Shown here one piece after another: positions 47,492 through 57,692 of a DNA stretch of 64,000 nt; position 1 is the first letter of the stretch; every line of letters begins with the position of its first letter. A program made the translations under genes and the position numbers. This DNA is from an uncultured Acidimicrobiales bacterium. GTDB taxonomy: Bacteria > Actinomycetota > Acidimicrobiia > Acidimicrobiales > SHLQ01. Under the pieces are notes generated by a model. It was not told the origin of the DNA. It worked only from the letters and a program-made list of their open reading frames with translations, and searched no databases. Location: the NCBI GenBank assembly GCA_964390555.1, contig CAYMJU010000032.1:30563-94562 (forward strand), written 5' to 3'.

Positions 47492-48163
47492 GTGCGACGG
47501 CCCAAAGCGTCCAAGCTCGCCAAGGCTGAGCGGATCGGCGAGATCCTCGACGATCTCTACCCTGACCCGCCCGTTCCTCTCGACCACAACGACCCCTACA
47601 CCCTGCTGGTCGCGGTCGCCCTGTCGGCACAGACCACCGACAAGAAGGTCAACCAGGTCACGCCAGCGCTGTTTGCCGTGGCCGACACCCCCGAGAAGAT
47701 GGCGGCACTGTCCCCCGACGAGATCCTCGCCCTCATCCGCGAGGTCGGGCTGGCCCCGACGAAGGCCAAGAACCTGTGGTTGGCCGCCAACCAGATCGTC
47801 GATGCCGGGGAGGAAGTGCGCGCGGACTGGGCGTTGCTCGAGTCGCTCCCCGGGGTGGGGCACAAGACGGCGAGCGTGGTGATGGCCCAGGCGTTCGGCG
47901 TACCGGCCTTCCCGGTCGATACGCACATCCACCGCTTGGCGGCCCGCTGGGGGTTGTCGGACGGAACCAACGTGGTTGCCACCGAGCGCGACCTCAAGGC
48001 CGTGTTCCCCGAGCACACGTGGAACGTCCGGCACCTCCAGATCATATTCTTCGGTCGCGAGCACTGCCCGGCGCTGCGCCACGACCCGCTGGGGTGCCCG
48101 ATCTGTAGCTGGGCGGCAAACCCCCCGACCAGGACGAGCCGACAGGCGAGCCCTCCAATGTGA
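47492..48163 (+). CDS. nth: endonuclease III
   Basis: Has PYTLLVAVALSAQTTDKKVN, the HhH-GPD region LPGVGHKTASVV...DTHIHR and a C-terminal Fe-S Cys cluster (CPALRHDPLGCPICS). The GTG start is at 47492. Confidence 0.9.
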   Translation: MRRPKASKLAKAERIGEILDDLYPDPPVPLDHNDPYTLLVAVALSAQTTDKKVNQVTPALFAVADTPEKMAALSPDEILALIREVGLAPTKAKNLWLAANQIVDAGEEVRADWALLESLPGVGHKTASVVMAQAFGVPAFPVDTHIHRLAARWGLSDGTNVVATERDLKAVFPEHTWNVRHLQIIFFGREHCPALRHDPLGCPICSWAANPPTRTSRQASPPM

Positions 48164-48172
48164 CGCGAGGGC

Positions 48173-49027
48173 TTAGCCGCGGACGTTCTCGATGAGCTCC
48201 AAGCAGGCGCCGTCGGGGTCGTCGAAGAACAGGGCCTTCAGATCTGAGGGCAGTCCCGGACCCATGTCGAGAGCGAGCGGCGGCGAGTAGCACGCAACAC
48301 CCATCGCGACAAGCCGCTTGTACTCGGCCTCGATGTCGGAGCAGAACAAGGCGTGACGGAAGATGCCCAGCTCGTTGGCCCGTCGCGGCGACCGAGCCAC
48401 CATCTCTGGCGAGCGCCAGTCGCGAAGGGCGATCTGCCACGGCACGCCGGGCACGGACAGGTAGCACGTCCGGGCGCGGTCGGGCAGGTCGACGACCGGA
48501 CCGGCCAGGCCGAGCACCCGCTCGTACCAGGTGCGCGACTCGTCGAGGTCGCCCACGTTGATCACGACGTGGGTGAGCCGACACGACCCGACCTCGACCA
48601 GCTCGACGAGTTGCCCATCGGGATCTGCCACGATCGATACCCGGGGTCCCGGGGGGCGCGGGATGAACGGTTCGTCGGGCGAGCTTCCGGCGTCGCGCAG
48701 AGCGGTGACGGTGGCGTCGATGTCGGCCACGCCCACGCCAAGCAGCGAGTACCCCTGCTCCCGGCGGGTCGCCGGACGGCCGATCGGCACCGGCACCTTC
48801 CACTCGAGCAGGTCGAGCACCACGCCGCCCGCAGCACCGCCGGCGCCCGCGAGGATCCAGGCGTCCCACTGGGCCTGTTCGAGCCCGAACGCGGTGCCGG
48901 GCTGCACCGGAGGCCTGGTCCGGACGATAGGTGCCAGGCCGAGGATGTCGGCGTAGAAGGCACGAGAGCGATCGAGGTCCGAGCAGTTGACGTTCAGGTG
49001 GTAGGCGCGTTCGACGGCAACTGACAT
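48173..49027 (-). CDS. two-domain VOC (glyoxalase/bleomycin-resistance/extradiol dioxygenase) family protein
   Basis: 284 aa. Has duplicated H..NV.DLD.SR.FY..VLGL modules (HLNVNCSDLDRSRAFY and HVVINVGDLDESRTWY). Confidence 0.75.
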   Translation of the reverse strand: MSVAVERAYHLNVNCSDLDRSRAFYADILGLAPIVRTRPPVQPGTAFGLEQAQWDAWILAGAGGAAGGVVLDLLEWKVPVPIGRPATRREQGYSLLGVGVADIDATVTALRDAGSSPDEPFIPRPPGPRVSIVADPDGQLVELVEVGSCRLTHVVINVGDLDESRTWYERVLGLAGPVVDLPDRARTCYLSVPGVPWQIALRDWRSPEMVARSPRRANELGIFRHALFCSDIEAEYKRLVAMGVACYSPPLALDMGPGLPSDLKALFFDDPDGACLELIENVRG

Positions 49028-49037
49028 GTGACCGGCT

Positions 49038-49934
49038 CTACCGTCTCGACACCTGGGTCGCGAACCACGCGCCGACGAGCACGACGGCCCCGCCGACGAG
49101 CACCCAACTACCGAGCGTCTCGTCGCGGAACACCCGACCCAGCACCGTCGACACGATCGGGATGAAGTAGGCGATTACGGCCATCGGCAACGCACCGTGG
49201 CGGCGACCGAGCGCCGACGAGCACACGAACGCAATACCCGTTCCGAGGGCGCCGAGCCAGATGCATTGCAGGAGCGCGGACCAGGCGAAGGTCGAGCCGG
49301 TGGCGCCGACTATGCCCCCCGGGGTGACGAGCACGAGAGCGACGCCGAGGGCGTGGGCCAGCACGGGGAGCAGCGAGTACTCGGCCTGCAGTGGTGCCGA
49401 GATGTTCACCGCCACGCCATAGGACGCCACCGCCGCGAGCACCAACACGACCCCGAGGGCGCTAGTGCCGTCGACCCGCGCAGTGGGCACGCCGATCAAG
49501 AGGATCCCGCTGAACCCGATCATGACCCCGGCCAGACGCCGTCCGGTCGTCGACACCCTGAACACGGACCAACCGATGAGCGCCGTGAACAACGGCATCG
49601 AGGCGTTGAGCAACCCGGCGATCGACGAATTGATCCACTGTTGGGCGATAGGGAACAAGGTGAGCGGGAACGCCATCCAGAAGAACCCGACCAGCGCGGC
49701 CTTGGGCCGCGCGGCCCGGGGAAGCGGGCGCCGGGCGCCGGGCAGAGCCATCACCATGCAGAAGCCGAACAAGACCCGGAGCCAGGTCACCAGTCCGGGC
49801 TCGAAGTGCTCGAGGGCTTCGGCGGTGAAGAGGAACGACGATCCCCAGATCGCCGCGGGCGCCAGCAGCAGCGCCCAATCGCTCGCTACGAACGCCCGAC
49901 TCTGGGTCAGCGTCGGTGCGGGGACGGTCGTCAC
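49038..49934 (-). CDS. DMT superfamily (EamA-like) transporter
   Basis: 298 aa with ten predicted TM segments and a duplicated EamA pattern. Confidence 0.75.
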   Translation of the reverse strand: MTTVPAPTLTQSRAFVASDWALLLAPAAIWGSSFLFTAEALEHFEPGLVTWLRVLFGFCMVMALPGARRPLPRAARPKAALVGFFWMAFPLTLFPIAQQWINSSIAGLLNASMPLFTALIGWSVFRVSTTGRRLAGVMIGFSGILLIGVPTARVDGTSALGVVLVLAAVASYGVAVNISAPLQAEYSLLPVLAHALGVALVLVTPGGIVGATGSTFAWSALLQCIWLGALGTGIAFVCSSALGRRHGALPMAVIAYFIPIVSTVLGRVFRDETLGSWVLVGGAVVLVGAWFATQVSRR

Positions 49935-49985
49935 CGCCGCAACCTATCGGCGGCATCCTCCGCTCGTTGACGGAATTCCGACACG

Positions 49986-50789
49986 ATGGTGAGGGCATAC
50001 CATTCGGCCATGTTTGGTCTCTCGTCGCTCAGTCGCTCTGTCGCCGGACGAGTGGTGCTCATCACCGGCGCCGCCTCGGGAATGGGGCGCGCCACCGCCC
50101 GCTTGTTCGCCGCCGAAGGAGCGCATGTCGCGGTGACCGACCTTCGCGCCGCCGACGTGGACCGCGAGGTGGCCGACATCGTCGCCGAGGGCGGGGTTGC
50201 GGCGGGTTGGGAGCTCGATGTCACCGACCGGACCGCTATCGACCGTGTCGTCGGCGAGGTCGCCGAGCGGTGGGGACGCCTCGACGTGCTGGTCAACAAC
50301 GCGGGCATCGGTGTCGGCGCCGACATCGCGTCGCCGGACTTCCTCGACGCCTGGCAACTGGCCCTCGACGTGATGCTCACCGCCCACGTCCACACGGTGC
50401 AGGCGTGCCTGCCCCACCTTCGGGTGAGCGATGCCGGTCGCGTGATCAACATCTCCTCGACCGAGGGGCTGTCGGCCAGCCGCAACATGGCTCCGTACAC
50501 GACGGCCAAGCACGGCGTGATCGGCCTCACCCGGTCGCTCGCGGTGCAGTTGGGCCGCGACGGGATCACGGTCAACGCCATCTGCCCGGGCCCGATCCAC
50601 ACCGGACTGACGGCGGCGATCCCCGACGAACACAAGCAGCGCTACGCCCGCCGCAAACTTGCCATCCCCCGCTACGGCGAGCCCGAGGAGATCGCCCACA
50701 TGGTGCTGTCGCTGGCGCTGCCAGCAGCGTCCTATGTCACCGGCGTGGCCCTCCCCGTCGACGGCGGCCTGACCGTCCGAGGCGACTGA
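49986..50789 (+). CDS. SDR family oxidoreductase
   Basis: Has VVLITGAASGMGRA, NNAG and YTTAKHG (YxxxK). An alternative ATG lies at 50010. Confidence 0.9.
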   Translation: MVRAYHSAMFGLSSLSRSVAGRVVLITGAASGMGRATARLFAAEGAHVAVTDLRAADVDREVADIVAEGGVAAGWELDVTDRTAIDRVVGEVAERWGRLDVLVNNAGIGVGADIASPDFLDAWQLALDVMLTAHVHTVQACLPHLRVSDAGRVINISSTEGLSASRNMAPYTTAKHGVIGLTRSLAVQLGRDGITVNAICPGPIHTGLTAAIPDEHKQRYARRKLAIPRYGEPEEIAHMVLSLALPAASYVTGVALPVDGGLTVRGD

Positions 50790-51932
50790 TCACCGAACCA
50801 CTAGGCCGGCGGGGCGGAACCAGGGCGAGCGGATGAGGGTCAGCGCGAGAGCTGCCATGGCCGCAACGGTGCCGTACATGACCCGGTAGCCGGCCAACTC
50901 GGCCACGCCACCGAGCACCAAGGCGCCCGTGGTGTTGGCGATGTCGCCGAACACGACCACGGTGGCGACCACACGCGACCGCTCCTCCGGCGCCGCGCTG
51001 TCCGCCGCGATCAGCACCATCAACGGCACGGTGAGGGCGATCCCGAAGGCCAGGAGGAACCCGCCGAGATAGAGGACTGACGGTTCGGCGACAGCGGCCA
51101 GCAGCGCAGTGGCCGACATCACGCAGGCGGCTGATCCGGTGGCGATGGCCAGCCGGTGGTCGCCATCGAGGTACCGCCCCCCGATCGCGCGTATCACCAG
51201 CACGGTGGCGGCGAACGTGAAGAGGATCCACTTGGTCTCGTCGAGACCCAGGTCCTCGGCGTATGGGGTGACGAACGCTCCGAAGCTCACGAAGCTGACC
51301 CCGAGCAGGAAGTTGATGACCCCGATTCGAAAAACCGCCGGGTGAACGATGCTGCCCAGCCCTTCCAGCCGGGCCACGGTGTCGGGCGGGCGGGTCTCGG
51401 GCAGCAGGAACCCCGCGACGGCGCTCACGCCCGCGCACACCGCGGCCGAACCGAAAGCGGCACCGAACCCGCCGGCGTCGAGCATCGTCTCGCCGAGCAC
51501 CGGGCCGAGCGCGAACCCGAGATACACCGACGTGGAGAACGCGGCGAAGATCGCCGCTCGGCTCGCCGCCGAGCCGATCTCGGTGGCCACCGTCGCGTGG
51601 GCGAGGTACATCGCCGACCCGGCCATGCCGAACACGAAGCGCAGCGCTAGCAACAAGCCGAGCCCGCCCGATCGAGCCGCCGGCAGCTGGAGGAGTTGGG
51701 CGCCCGCGATGACGATCGCCCCGGCGACCATGAGGGGCCGACGTCCGATCCGATCGCCGAGGTACCCGGCGAACGGGCGAGCGGCGAGCATGCCCAGCGA
51801 CTGGATGCCGAACACCAGCCCGAGCTCGCCACTGCCTCCGCCGAGCTCTCGCTCCACCAGGCGGGGCAGCACGGGGAAACCGACGCCCGCCGACACGAAG
51901 TAGGCGCTCGCCGCCAGGATCAGCATCAACAC
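50790..51932 (-). CDS. MFS transporter (12-TMS)
   Basis: This is the C-terminal part of the 1230-aa track ORF. VLMLILAASAYFVSAGVGF...GYLGDRIGRRPLM (motif A) is MFS-like. Candidate starts are GTG 51932, TTG 51929 and ATG 51926. Everything upstream in that ORF is antisense to the helicase and was rejected. Confidence 0.75.
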   Translation of the reverse strand: MLMLILAASAYFVSAGVGFPVLPRLVERELGGGSGELGLVFGIQSLGMLAARPFAGYLGDRIGRRPLMVAGAIVIAGAQLLQLPAARSGGLGLLLALRFVFGMAGSAMYLAHATVATEIGSAASRAAIFAAFSTSVYLGFALGPVLGETMLDAGGFGAAFGSAAVCAGVSAVAGFLLPETRPPDTVARLEGLGSIVHPAVFRIGVINFLLGVSFVSFGAFVTPYAEDLGLDETKWILFTFAATVLVIRAIGGRYLDGDHRLAIATGSAACVMSATALLAAVAEPSVLYLGGFLLAFGIALTVPLMVLIAADSAAPEERSRVVATVVVFGDIANTTGALVLGGVAELAGYRVMYGTVAAMAALALTLIRSPWFRPAGLVVR

Positions 51933-52031
51933 CCGGACATCGGTGACCGACTCGGCTGGCGGGCGAGCGGTCGGCGACGGATCCAAGACCGGCAAGCGTA
52001 CCGATCCGGCCGGAGGGGACGAGAATGGGGG

Positions 52032-54557
52032 ATCGCCACCGCCTCGCTCCTTGATCGACTCCGCCCGACACCCGACGACGACTCGCTGCTCGGCGGCTTC
52101 GTCGACTGGGTCACCGAACGGGGTCTCCGCCTCTACCCGGCCCAGGAGGAAGCGATCCTCGAGGTGCTCTCGGGGTCCAACGTCATCCTCGCCACGCCGA
52201 CGGGTTCGGGGAAGTCGCTCGTCGCGCTGGCCGCCCACGTAGCTGCGGTCGCCCGCGGGGGGCGCAGCGTGTACACCGCGCCGATCAAGGCGCTGGTGAG
52301 CGAGAAGTTCTTCGAACTGTGCCGCGAGCTCGGCGCCGACAACGTCGGCATGGTCACCGGAGACGCCGCGGTCAACCCGGGCGCCCCGGTGATCTGCTGT
52401 ACGGCCGAGATCCTGGCCAACCAGGCGTTGCGCCTCGGCAGCGCGACGCCGTTCACCCAGGTCGTGATCGACGAGTTCCACTACTACGGCGACCCGCAGC
52501 GGGGCGTGGCGTGGCAGATACCACTCCTCGAACTGCCCCGCTGCGCGTTCTTGCTGCTGTCGGCCACGCTCGGCCCGACCCGATTCTTCGAGGAGGATCT
52601 GCGGCGCCGGACCGGACGCCCGACGGTGCTCGTCGGCGGGAAGGACCGCCCGGTGCCGCTCGACTTCGTGTACCGGGAGACGTTGATCCACGAGTCCCTC
52701 GACGAGCTGCTCACCCTCGACCGGGCACCGATCTACCTCGTGCACTTCACCCAGAAAGCCGCGGCTGAAGCGGCGCAGAACTTGATGAGCGTCAACGTCG
52801 CCACCAAGGACGACAAGAACCGCATCAAAGAAGCTGTCGGCGGGTTTCGGTTCGACAGTCCGGCCGGACGCGACCTGCACCGCTGGATCGGCCACGGCAT
52901 CGGCATCCACCACGCCGGCTTGTTGCCCAAGTATCGGCTGCTCGTCGAGAAGCTGGCGCAGGACGGACTGTTGAAGGTGATCTGCGGCACCGACACGCTC
53001 GGTGTCGGGGTCAACGTGCCCATCCGCACGGTGCTGTTCACCCAGCTGTGCAAGTACGACGGGTCGACGACGCGGGTCCTGAGTGCTCGCGAGTTCCAGC
53101 AGATCGCCGGCCGGGCCGGCCGCAAGGGCTTCGACGATCGTGGCTACGTGTGGGTACAGGCCCCGCCCCACGTCGCGGAGAACCGCCGGCTCGAACTGTT
53201 GGCGACCACCGACCCGGCCAAGCGCAGGAAGCTGGTGAAGCGCAAGCCGCCCGACAAGGGCTACGCCCACTGGAGCGAGGACACGTTCGTGAAGCTCGCG
53301 ACGGGCGAACCCGAGCCGCTGGTGTCGAGCTTCAAGGTCTCCCACCAGATGATCATGAACCTGCTCGACCGGCCCGGCGACGGCTGCGCCGCCGTCCGCA
53401 AGTTGATGGTCGACAATCACGAGCCCCGCAAGCAGCAGCGCCGGCACATCCGCCGGGCCATCGCCATCTTCCGCTCGCTCGTCGATGCCGGCGTCGTCGA
53501 GCGACTCGACGAACCCGACGAGCTCGGCCGTCGGGTCCGCGTCACCGTCGACCTGCAAGACGACTTCAAGCTCAACCAGCCGCTGTCGCTGTTCGTGCTC
53601 GATGCCCTGGAGATGCTCGACACCGCCACGCCCCAATACCCGCTCGACGTGTTGTCGGTCGTCGAGTCGGTCATCGAGAACCCCGGCGTCGTACTGATGG
53701 CGCAGCTCGACAAGGCTCGCGACGACGCCATGGCTCGCATGAAGGCCGCCGGCGTCGAGTACGAGGAGCGGATGGCCGAGCTGGCCGAGGTCGAGTACCC
53801 CAAGCCTCTGCGCGACGAGATCTACGACCTGTTCAACCGCTTCCGGGCGACGCATCCCTGGGTCGAAGGCGACAACGTCAAGCCCAAGTCGGTCGCCCGC
53901 GAGATGTTCGAGCGGGGCATGACGTTTCGCGAGTACGTCAACCACTACGGCTTGCGCCGTTCCGAGGGCCTGCTGCTGCGCACTCTCACCGACGCGTACA
54001 AGGGTCTCGTGCAGAACGTGCCCGACGCCTACAAGACCGACGAGGTCGACGATCTGACCGAGTGGCTGGGCGAGCTGGTGCGCCAGACCGACTCCAGCCT
54101 GCTCGACGAGTGGGAACGGCTCCGCAACCCCGAGCCCGACCTGTCGGTCGTGCGGGCGACGGTGGCCGAGCGCCGCGACGTCACGACCAACACCCGGGCG
54201 TTCATGGTCATGGTCCGCAACGAGTTGTTCCGCTGGGTGCAGCTCCTGGCGCGTCGGGACCACGAGACGCTGGCCGAGGTACCGGCGCCGCCGGACGCCG
54301 CTCGTTGGAAGGCCGCGGTGCTGGCCGAGGCGTTCGCGCCCTACTGGGCCGAACACGACGAGATCCGGCTCGACGCCGACGCCCGCGGCCCCGCATTGCT
54401 GATCATCGACCGGCACGCCGATCGGTGGGACGTCCGCCAGATCATCGCCGACCCGGCCGGCCACCACGAGTGGAGCCTGCACGGCCGTGTCGACCTGGCC
54501 GCCTCACGCGACTCGGGCGAAGCCGTCGTCCAATTGATTGGTGTCGACCGCGCGTGA
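52032..54557 (+). CDS. DEAD/DEAH-box helicase with C-terminal DUF3516-like region
   Basis: Has the Q-motif YPAQEEA, motif I ATPTGSGKS, motif II DEFH, motif III SAT and motif VI QIAGRAGRKG. The start is unresolved (see findings). 52032 is an in-frame ATC. The track's ATG at 51696 lies inside the divergent MFS gene. Confidence 0.8.
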   Translation: MATASLLDRLRPTPDDDSLLGGFVDWVTERGLRLYPAQEEAILEVLSGSNVILATPTGSGKSLVALAAHVAAVARGGRSVYTAPIKALVSEKFFELCRELGADNVGMVTGDAAVNPGAPVICCTAEILANQALRLGSATPFTQVVIDEFHYYGDPQRGVAWQIPLLELPRCAFLLLSATLGPTRFFEEDLRRRTGRPTVLVGGKDRPVPLDFVYRETLIHESLDELLTLDRAPIYLVHFTQKAAAEAAQNLMSVNVATKDDKNRIKEAVGGFRFDSPAGRDLHRWIGHGIGIHHAGLLPKYRLLVEKLAQDGLLKVICGTDTLGVGVNVPIRTVLFTQLCKYDGSTTRVLSAREFQQIAGRAGRKGFDDRGYVWVQAPPHVAENRRLELLATTDPAKRRKLVKRKPPDKGYAHWSEDTFVKLATGEPEPLVSSFKVSHQMIMNLLDRPGDGCAAVRKLMVDNHEPRKQQRRHIRRAIAIFRSLVDAGVVERLDEPDELGRRVRVTVDLQDDFKLNQPLSLFVLDALEMLDTATPQYPLDVLSVVESVIENPGVVLMAQLDKARDDAMARMKAAGVEYEERMAELAEVEYPKPLRDEIYDLFNRFRATHPWVEGDNVKPKSVAREMFERGMTFREYVNHYGLRRSEGLLLRTLTDAYKGLVQNVPDAYKTDEVDDLTEWLGELVRQTDSSLLDEWERLRNPEPDLSVVRATVAERRDVTTNTRAFMVMVRNELFRWVQLLARRDHETLAEVPAPPDAARWKAAVLAEAFAPYWAEHDEIRLDADARGPALLIIDRHADRWDVRQIIADPAGHHEWSLHGRVDLAASRDSGEAVVQLIGVDRA

Positions 54558-54583
54558 CGCTCGGCTCCAGCTCCTGCCCCGCT

Positions 54584-54633
54584 GAACTGGGTGGGGCACT
54601 GGGGCCACCGGCACCATGTCCCCCACCCAGTTC
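54584..54633. terminator. bidirectional hairpin between convergent helicase and amidohydrolase genes
   Basis: GAACTGGGTGGGG (54584-54596) and CCCCACCCAGTTC (54621-54633) form a perfect 13-bp stem with a 24-nt loop. Confidence 0.5.
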
Positions 54634-54670
54634 GGCGTGGCGGCGTGGGTGGCGCTGGGCTGGTTCGGTA

Positions 54671-55876
54671 CTAGGCGACCTTCATGAGGCGGCCGAGGTT
54701 GCCGCCCATGACCTTGGCCTGGTCGTCGTGGGTGAGGTTTTCGAGCTCGTCGACGAACGTGATCGGGTCGGCCATGCCCTCGGGGTGCGGGTAGTCCGAT
54801 CCGAATATCACGTTGTCGACCCCGACCAGGTCGACCAGCTCGGACGTGTCTTCCTCGTGGAACGGGTGAACGAAGATGTTGCGCTTGAACATGGCGATCG
54901 GGTCCTCGGCGAACACGTGCGGGGTGCGTTCGTAGAGGCTCTCGAGACGCTGCAGCATCGGCCGCACCCACGCCGAACCGTTCTCGACCGGCGCGAACCG
55001 CAGCTTGGGGAAGCGGTGCGCCAGGCCGTGCCCGATGATCGACGCCACCGTGTCGAAGATCTCGCGCGAGTCGCCGTGGACGATGGCCGAGAACCCGGAG
55101 TAGCCGACGAACGGCAAGAACTCGCCGTGGTGGCCCTCCCACTCGTTGAGGTGCCGCTGGTAGCCGCTGTCAGATGCGTGGAGCCCGACCAGCACGTCGG
55201 CTTCTTCGACCTTCTTCCAGAACGGGTCGAATTCGGGCAAAGCGAAAGAGCGCCGGCCCTCGAACCCCGGAACCGGCGCCGGGCGGATCAGGATCACGCG
55301 GGCACCGCGCTCGACGACCCACTCCAGCTCCTCGATCGCCTTGTCGACGATCGGGAGCGTGATGATCGGCGTGGGGAAGATGCGGTCCTGGTAGTTGAAC
55401 GTCCACTCCTCGTGCATCCACTGGTTGAGCGCGTGGATGACGACGTGGGTGGCCCGCGGGTCGTCGATCAGCCGCTCCTCGAGCAGCGACGCGAGCGTGG
55501 GCCACATCAGCGAGCGGTCGATTCCCAGCTCGTCCATCAGCGAGACGCGCGCGTCGGGCCCGAAGAATCCCGGCAGCGACCGGATGTACCGGGGCGGCGG
55601 GGTGAGCTCGACCGTGTCGGCCGCGGAGCGCGACGACGGGTTCTTCAGCTTGAACTCGATCTCCTGGGCGCCGGGGGGAGCGACCACGTTGAACGTGGGG
55701 TTGGGGATGTATTCGCTGATCTTGTTGTTGATCGCGATCTTGGTGCGACCGTTCACCTCGACGTACTTGATGTAGCCGGCGTACTCCTTGGGGAGGTGGC
55801 GGGTGAACGCCTCGACGGTCTCGTACATGTGGTTGTCGGCGTCGAAGATCGGATAATCGAGGATGCGTGATGGCAT
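54671..55876 (-). CDS. amidohydrolase-2 family protein (paralogue of 60290-61474)
   Basis: Starts MPSRILDYPIFDADNHMYE. The IPNPTF and FGSDYPHPEG motifs are shared with the paralogue. ATG 55876 is preceded by GAAGGGAG; the track start at 55900 is possible. Confidence 0.8.
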   Translation of the reverse strand: MPSRILDYPIFDADNHMYETVEAFTRHLPKEYAGYIKYVEVNGRTKIAINNKISEYIPNPTFNVVAPPGAQEIEFKLKNPSSRSAADTVELTPPPRYIRSLPGFFGPDARVSLMDELGIDRSLMWPTLASLLEERLIDDPRATHVVIHALNQWMHEEWTFNYQDRIFPTPIITLPIVDKAIEELEWVVERGARVILIRPAPVPGFEGRRSFALPEFDPFWKKVEEADVLVGLHASDSGYQRHLNEWEGHHGEFLPFVGYSGFSAIVHGDSREIFDTVASIIGHGLAHRFPKLRFAPVENGSAWVRPMLQRLESLYERTPHVFAEDPIAMFKRNIFVHPFHEEDTSELVDLVGVDNVIFGSDYPHPEGMADPITFVDELENLTHDDQAKVMGGNLGRLMKVA

Positions 55877-55949
55877 GGTGGGGCTCCCTTCGTCCGACAT
55901 CCATCATCGTCGGTGGGCCTTGATTTCGCTAGCCCAGTAGGGTTCGGAG

Positions 55950-57617
55950 ATGGATCGTCTCCCCCCAATGAATCGCCGCCAGTTCCTCGCTGCGACCATC
56001 GCCGCCGCGATCGCCGCCGCGTGCAGCGACGACGACGACACGTCGTCCGGTCAGTCGACCACCTCGGGCCCCGGCGAGAGCACCACGACCGCGACACCCG
56101 ACACCACGACGACCGCGTCTGAACCGGCCGTCGAGCTCCCGGGCGATCCCTTCTACCTCGGTGTGGCGTCGGGCGACCCGACCGCCGAGTCGGTGATCCT
56201 GTGGACCCGGCTCGCCTATCCGCCCGCCGACGGGATCGGGCTTCCGGGCGCGGACATCCCCGTCGACTGGGAAGTCGCCAGCGACGACGCGTTCGGCACC
56301 GTCGTCGCGAGCGGCACCGCGGCTGCGACCGCGGCGCTCGGCTACTCGCTCCACGTCGATGCGACCGGGCTCGAACCCGACGGCACGTACTTCTACCGCT
56401 TCGCGACCGCCGGCTACACCAGCCCGGTCGGCCGCACCCGCACGTTCGCGGCTGCGGGGTCGTCGCCCGATCAGTTCCGCTTCGCGGTCTCGTCGTGCCA
56501 GAACTGGCAGGCCGGCCACTACGCGGCGTGGCGCGATGTCGCCACGCTCGAAGAGCTCGACGCCGTCGTGTTCCTCGGCGACTACATCTACGAGTACGCC
56601 GACGGGGCCTACGAGCAAGACGGCGGCCGGCCGCTCGACGGCTCGGCCGAGGTCGCCAGCCTCGACGACTACCGGGCCCGCTACGCCTTCTACAAGACCG
56701 ACACCAACCTCCAGGCCGCGCACGCCGCCGCACCGTGGATCGTCACCTGGGACGACCACGAGGTCGACAACGACTACGCCGGCGACATCAGCGAGGAGAA
56801 CACGCCCGTCGAGGACTTCCGGGCCCGCCGCGCCGCCGCCTACCAAGCCTGGTATGAGCACATGCCGGTCCGCCTCGACGCCCCCGACGGCCCCGATTGG
56901 CCGATCTACCGAGCGGTATCGAGCGGTGACCTGGTGAGCTTCTACGTGCTCGACACGCGCCAGTACCGCAGCGACCAGCCGAGCGAAGGCGCCACGCTCG
57001 ACATTCCGGCCGTCGGCGACGCGGTGCGCCAGATCGACCCGGCGACCCTCACCGACCAATCGATGCTCGGCGACGATCAGGAAGCGTGGCTCGTCGATGC
57101 CGCATCGTCGTCGGGGTCGGCCTGGAACGTGCTCGCCCAGCAGGTGTTCATGTTCGGGGCCAGCGTCTTGCCGGGCCAGTCACCACCGTATGTCGTGGTG
57201 GATACCTGGGACGGCTATTCGGTGGCCCGGCGGCGGTTGTTCGAATCGCTCACCGCGAACGCGGTGCCGAACATCGTGGTGCTCACCGGCGACTTCCACT
57301 CCGGTGCCGTCGCCGACGTGCGGCTCGACCCGTTCGACCCGGCCGGCGCCGCCGTGGCGACCGAGTTCATGGCGCCGTCGATCTCGTCGGGCTTCTTCGA
57401 CGGCGCCGAGGACCTGGCCGGCGCGGCCCTGGCCGCCAACACGCAGGTGAAGTTTTTCACGGCGCGCAACGGCTACACGCTGTGCACCGTGACCGCCGAT
57501 ACCTGGACCAGCGAGTACCGCGCCGTCGCCGACCGTGGTGACCCCGACTCCCCCGTTGAGACCATCTCGACCTGGGAAGTCACCGCCGGCACCCCCGGCG
57601 CGGTAGAGGTGGTGTAG
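55950..57617 (+). CDS. phoD: alkaline phosphatase D family (PhoD), Tat-lipoprotein
   Basis: The twin-arginine signal NRRQFLAATIAAAIAAAC also contains a lipobox Cys. PhoD blocks are FYLGVASGDP, VFLGDYIYEY, WDDHEVDNDY and VLTGDFH. Confidence 0.9.
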   Translation: MDRLPPMNRRQFLAATIAAAIAAACSDDDDTSSGQSTTSGPGESTTTATPDTTTTASEPAVELPGDPFYLGVASGDPTAESVILWTRLAYPPADGIGLPGADIPVDWEVASDDAFGTVVASGTAAATAALGYSLHVDATGLEPDGTYFYRFATAGYTSPVGRTRTFAAAGSSPDQFRFAVSSCQNWQAGHYAAWRDVATLEELDAVVFLGDYIYEYADGAYEQDGGRPLDGSAEVASLDDYRARYAFYKTDTNLQAAHAAAPWIVTWDDHEVDNDYAGDISEENTPVEDFRARRAAAYQAWYEHMPVRLDAPDGPDWPIYRAVSSGDLVSFYVLDTRQYRSDQPSEGATLDIPAVGDAVRQIDPATLTDQSMLGDDQEAWLVDAASSSGSAWNVLAQQVFMFGASVLPGQSPPYVVVDTWDGYSVARRRLFESLTANAVPNIVVLTGDFHSGAVADVRLDPFDPAGAAVATEFMAPSISSGFFDGAEDLAGAALAANTQVKFFTARNGYTLCTVTADTWTSEYRAVADRGDPDSPVETISTWEVTAGTPGAVEVV

Positions 57618-57692
57618 ACCTCGGAGACGTCGGGACGCGACCGGGTGTCAGACGGCTTCGCCGTGGTTGCGCCGAGATCAGCGGCGCCCCGT

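Noticed and set aside
51933-54482. N-terminal 850 codons of the 1230-aa reverse ORF 50790-54482
   Set aside because: It is antisense to the helicase, whose motifs I, II, III and VI are unambiguous. Only the last ~380 codons (the MFS transporter) look like a real protein.
53048-55870. 940-aa forward ORF
   Set aside because: Its first half is an alternate frame of the helicase and its second half is antisense to the amidohydrolase. The sequence is poly-Arg/Gly/Pro.
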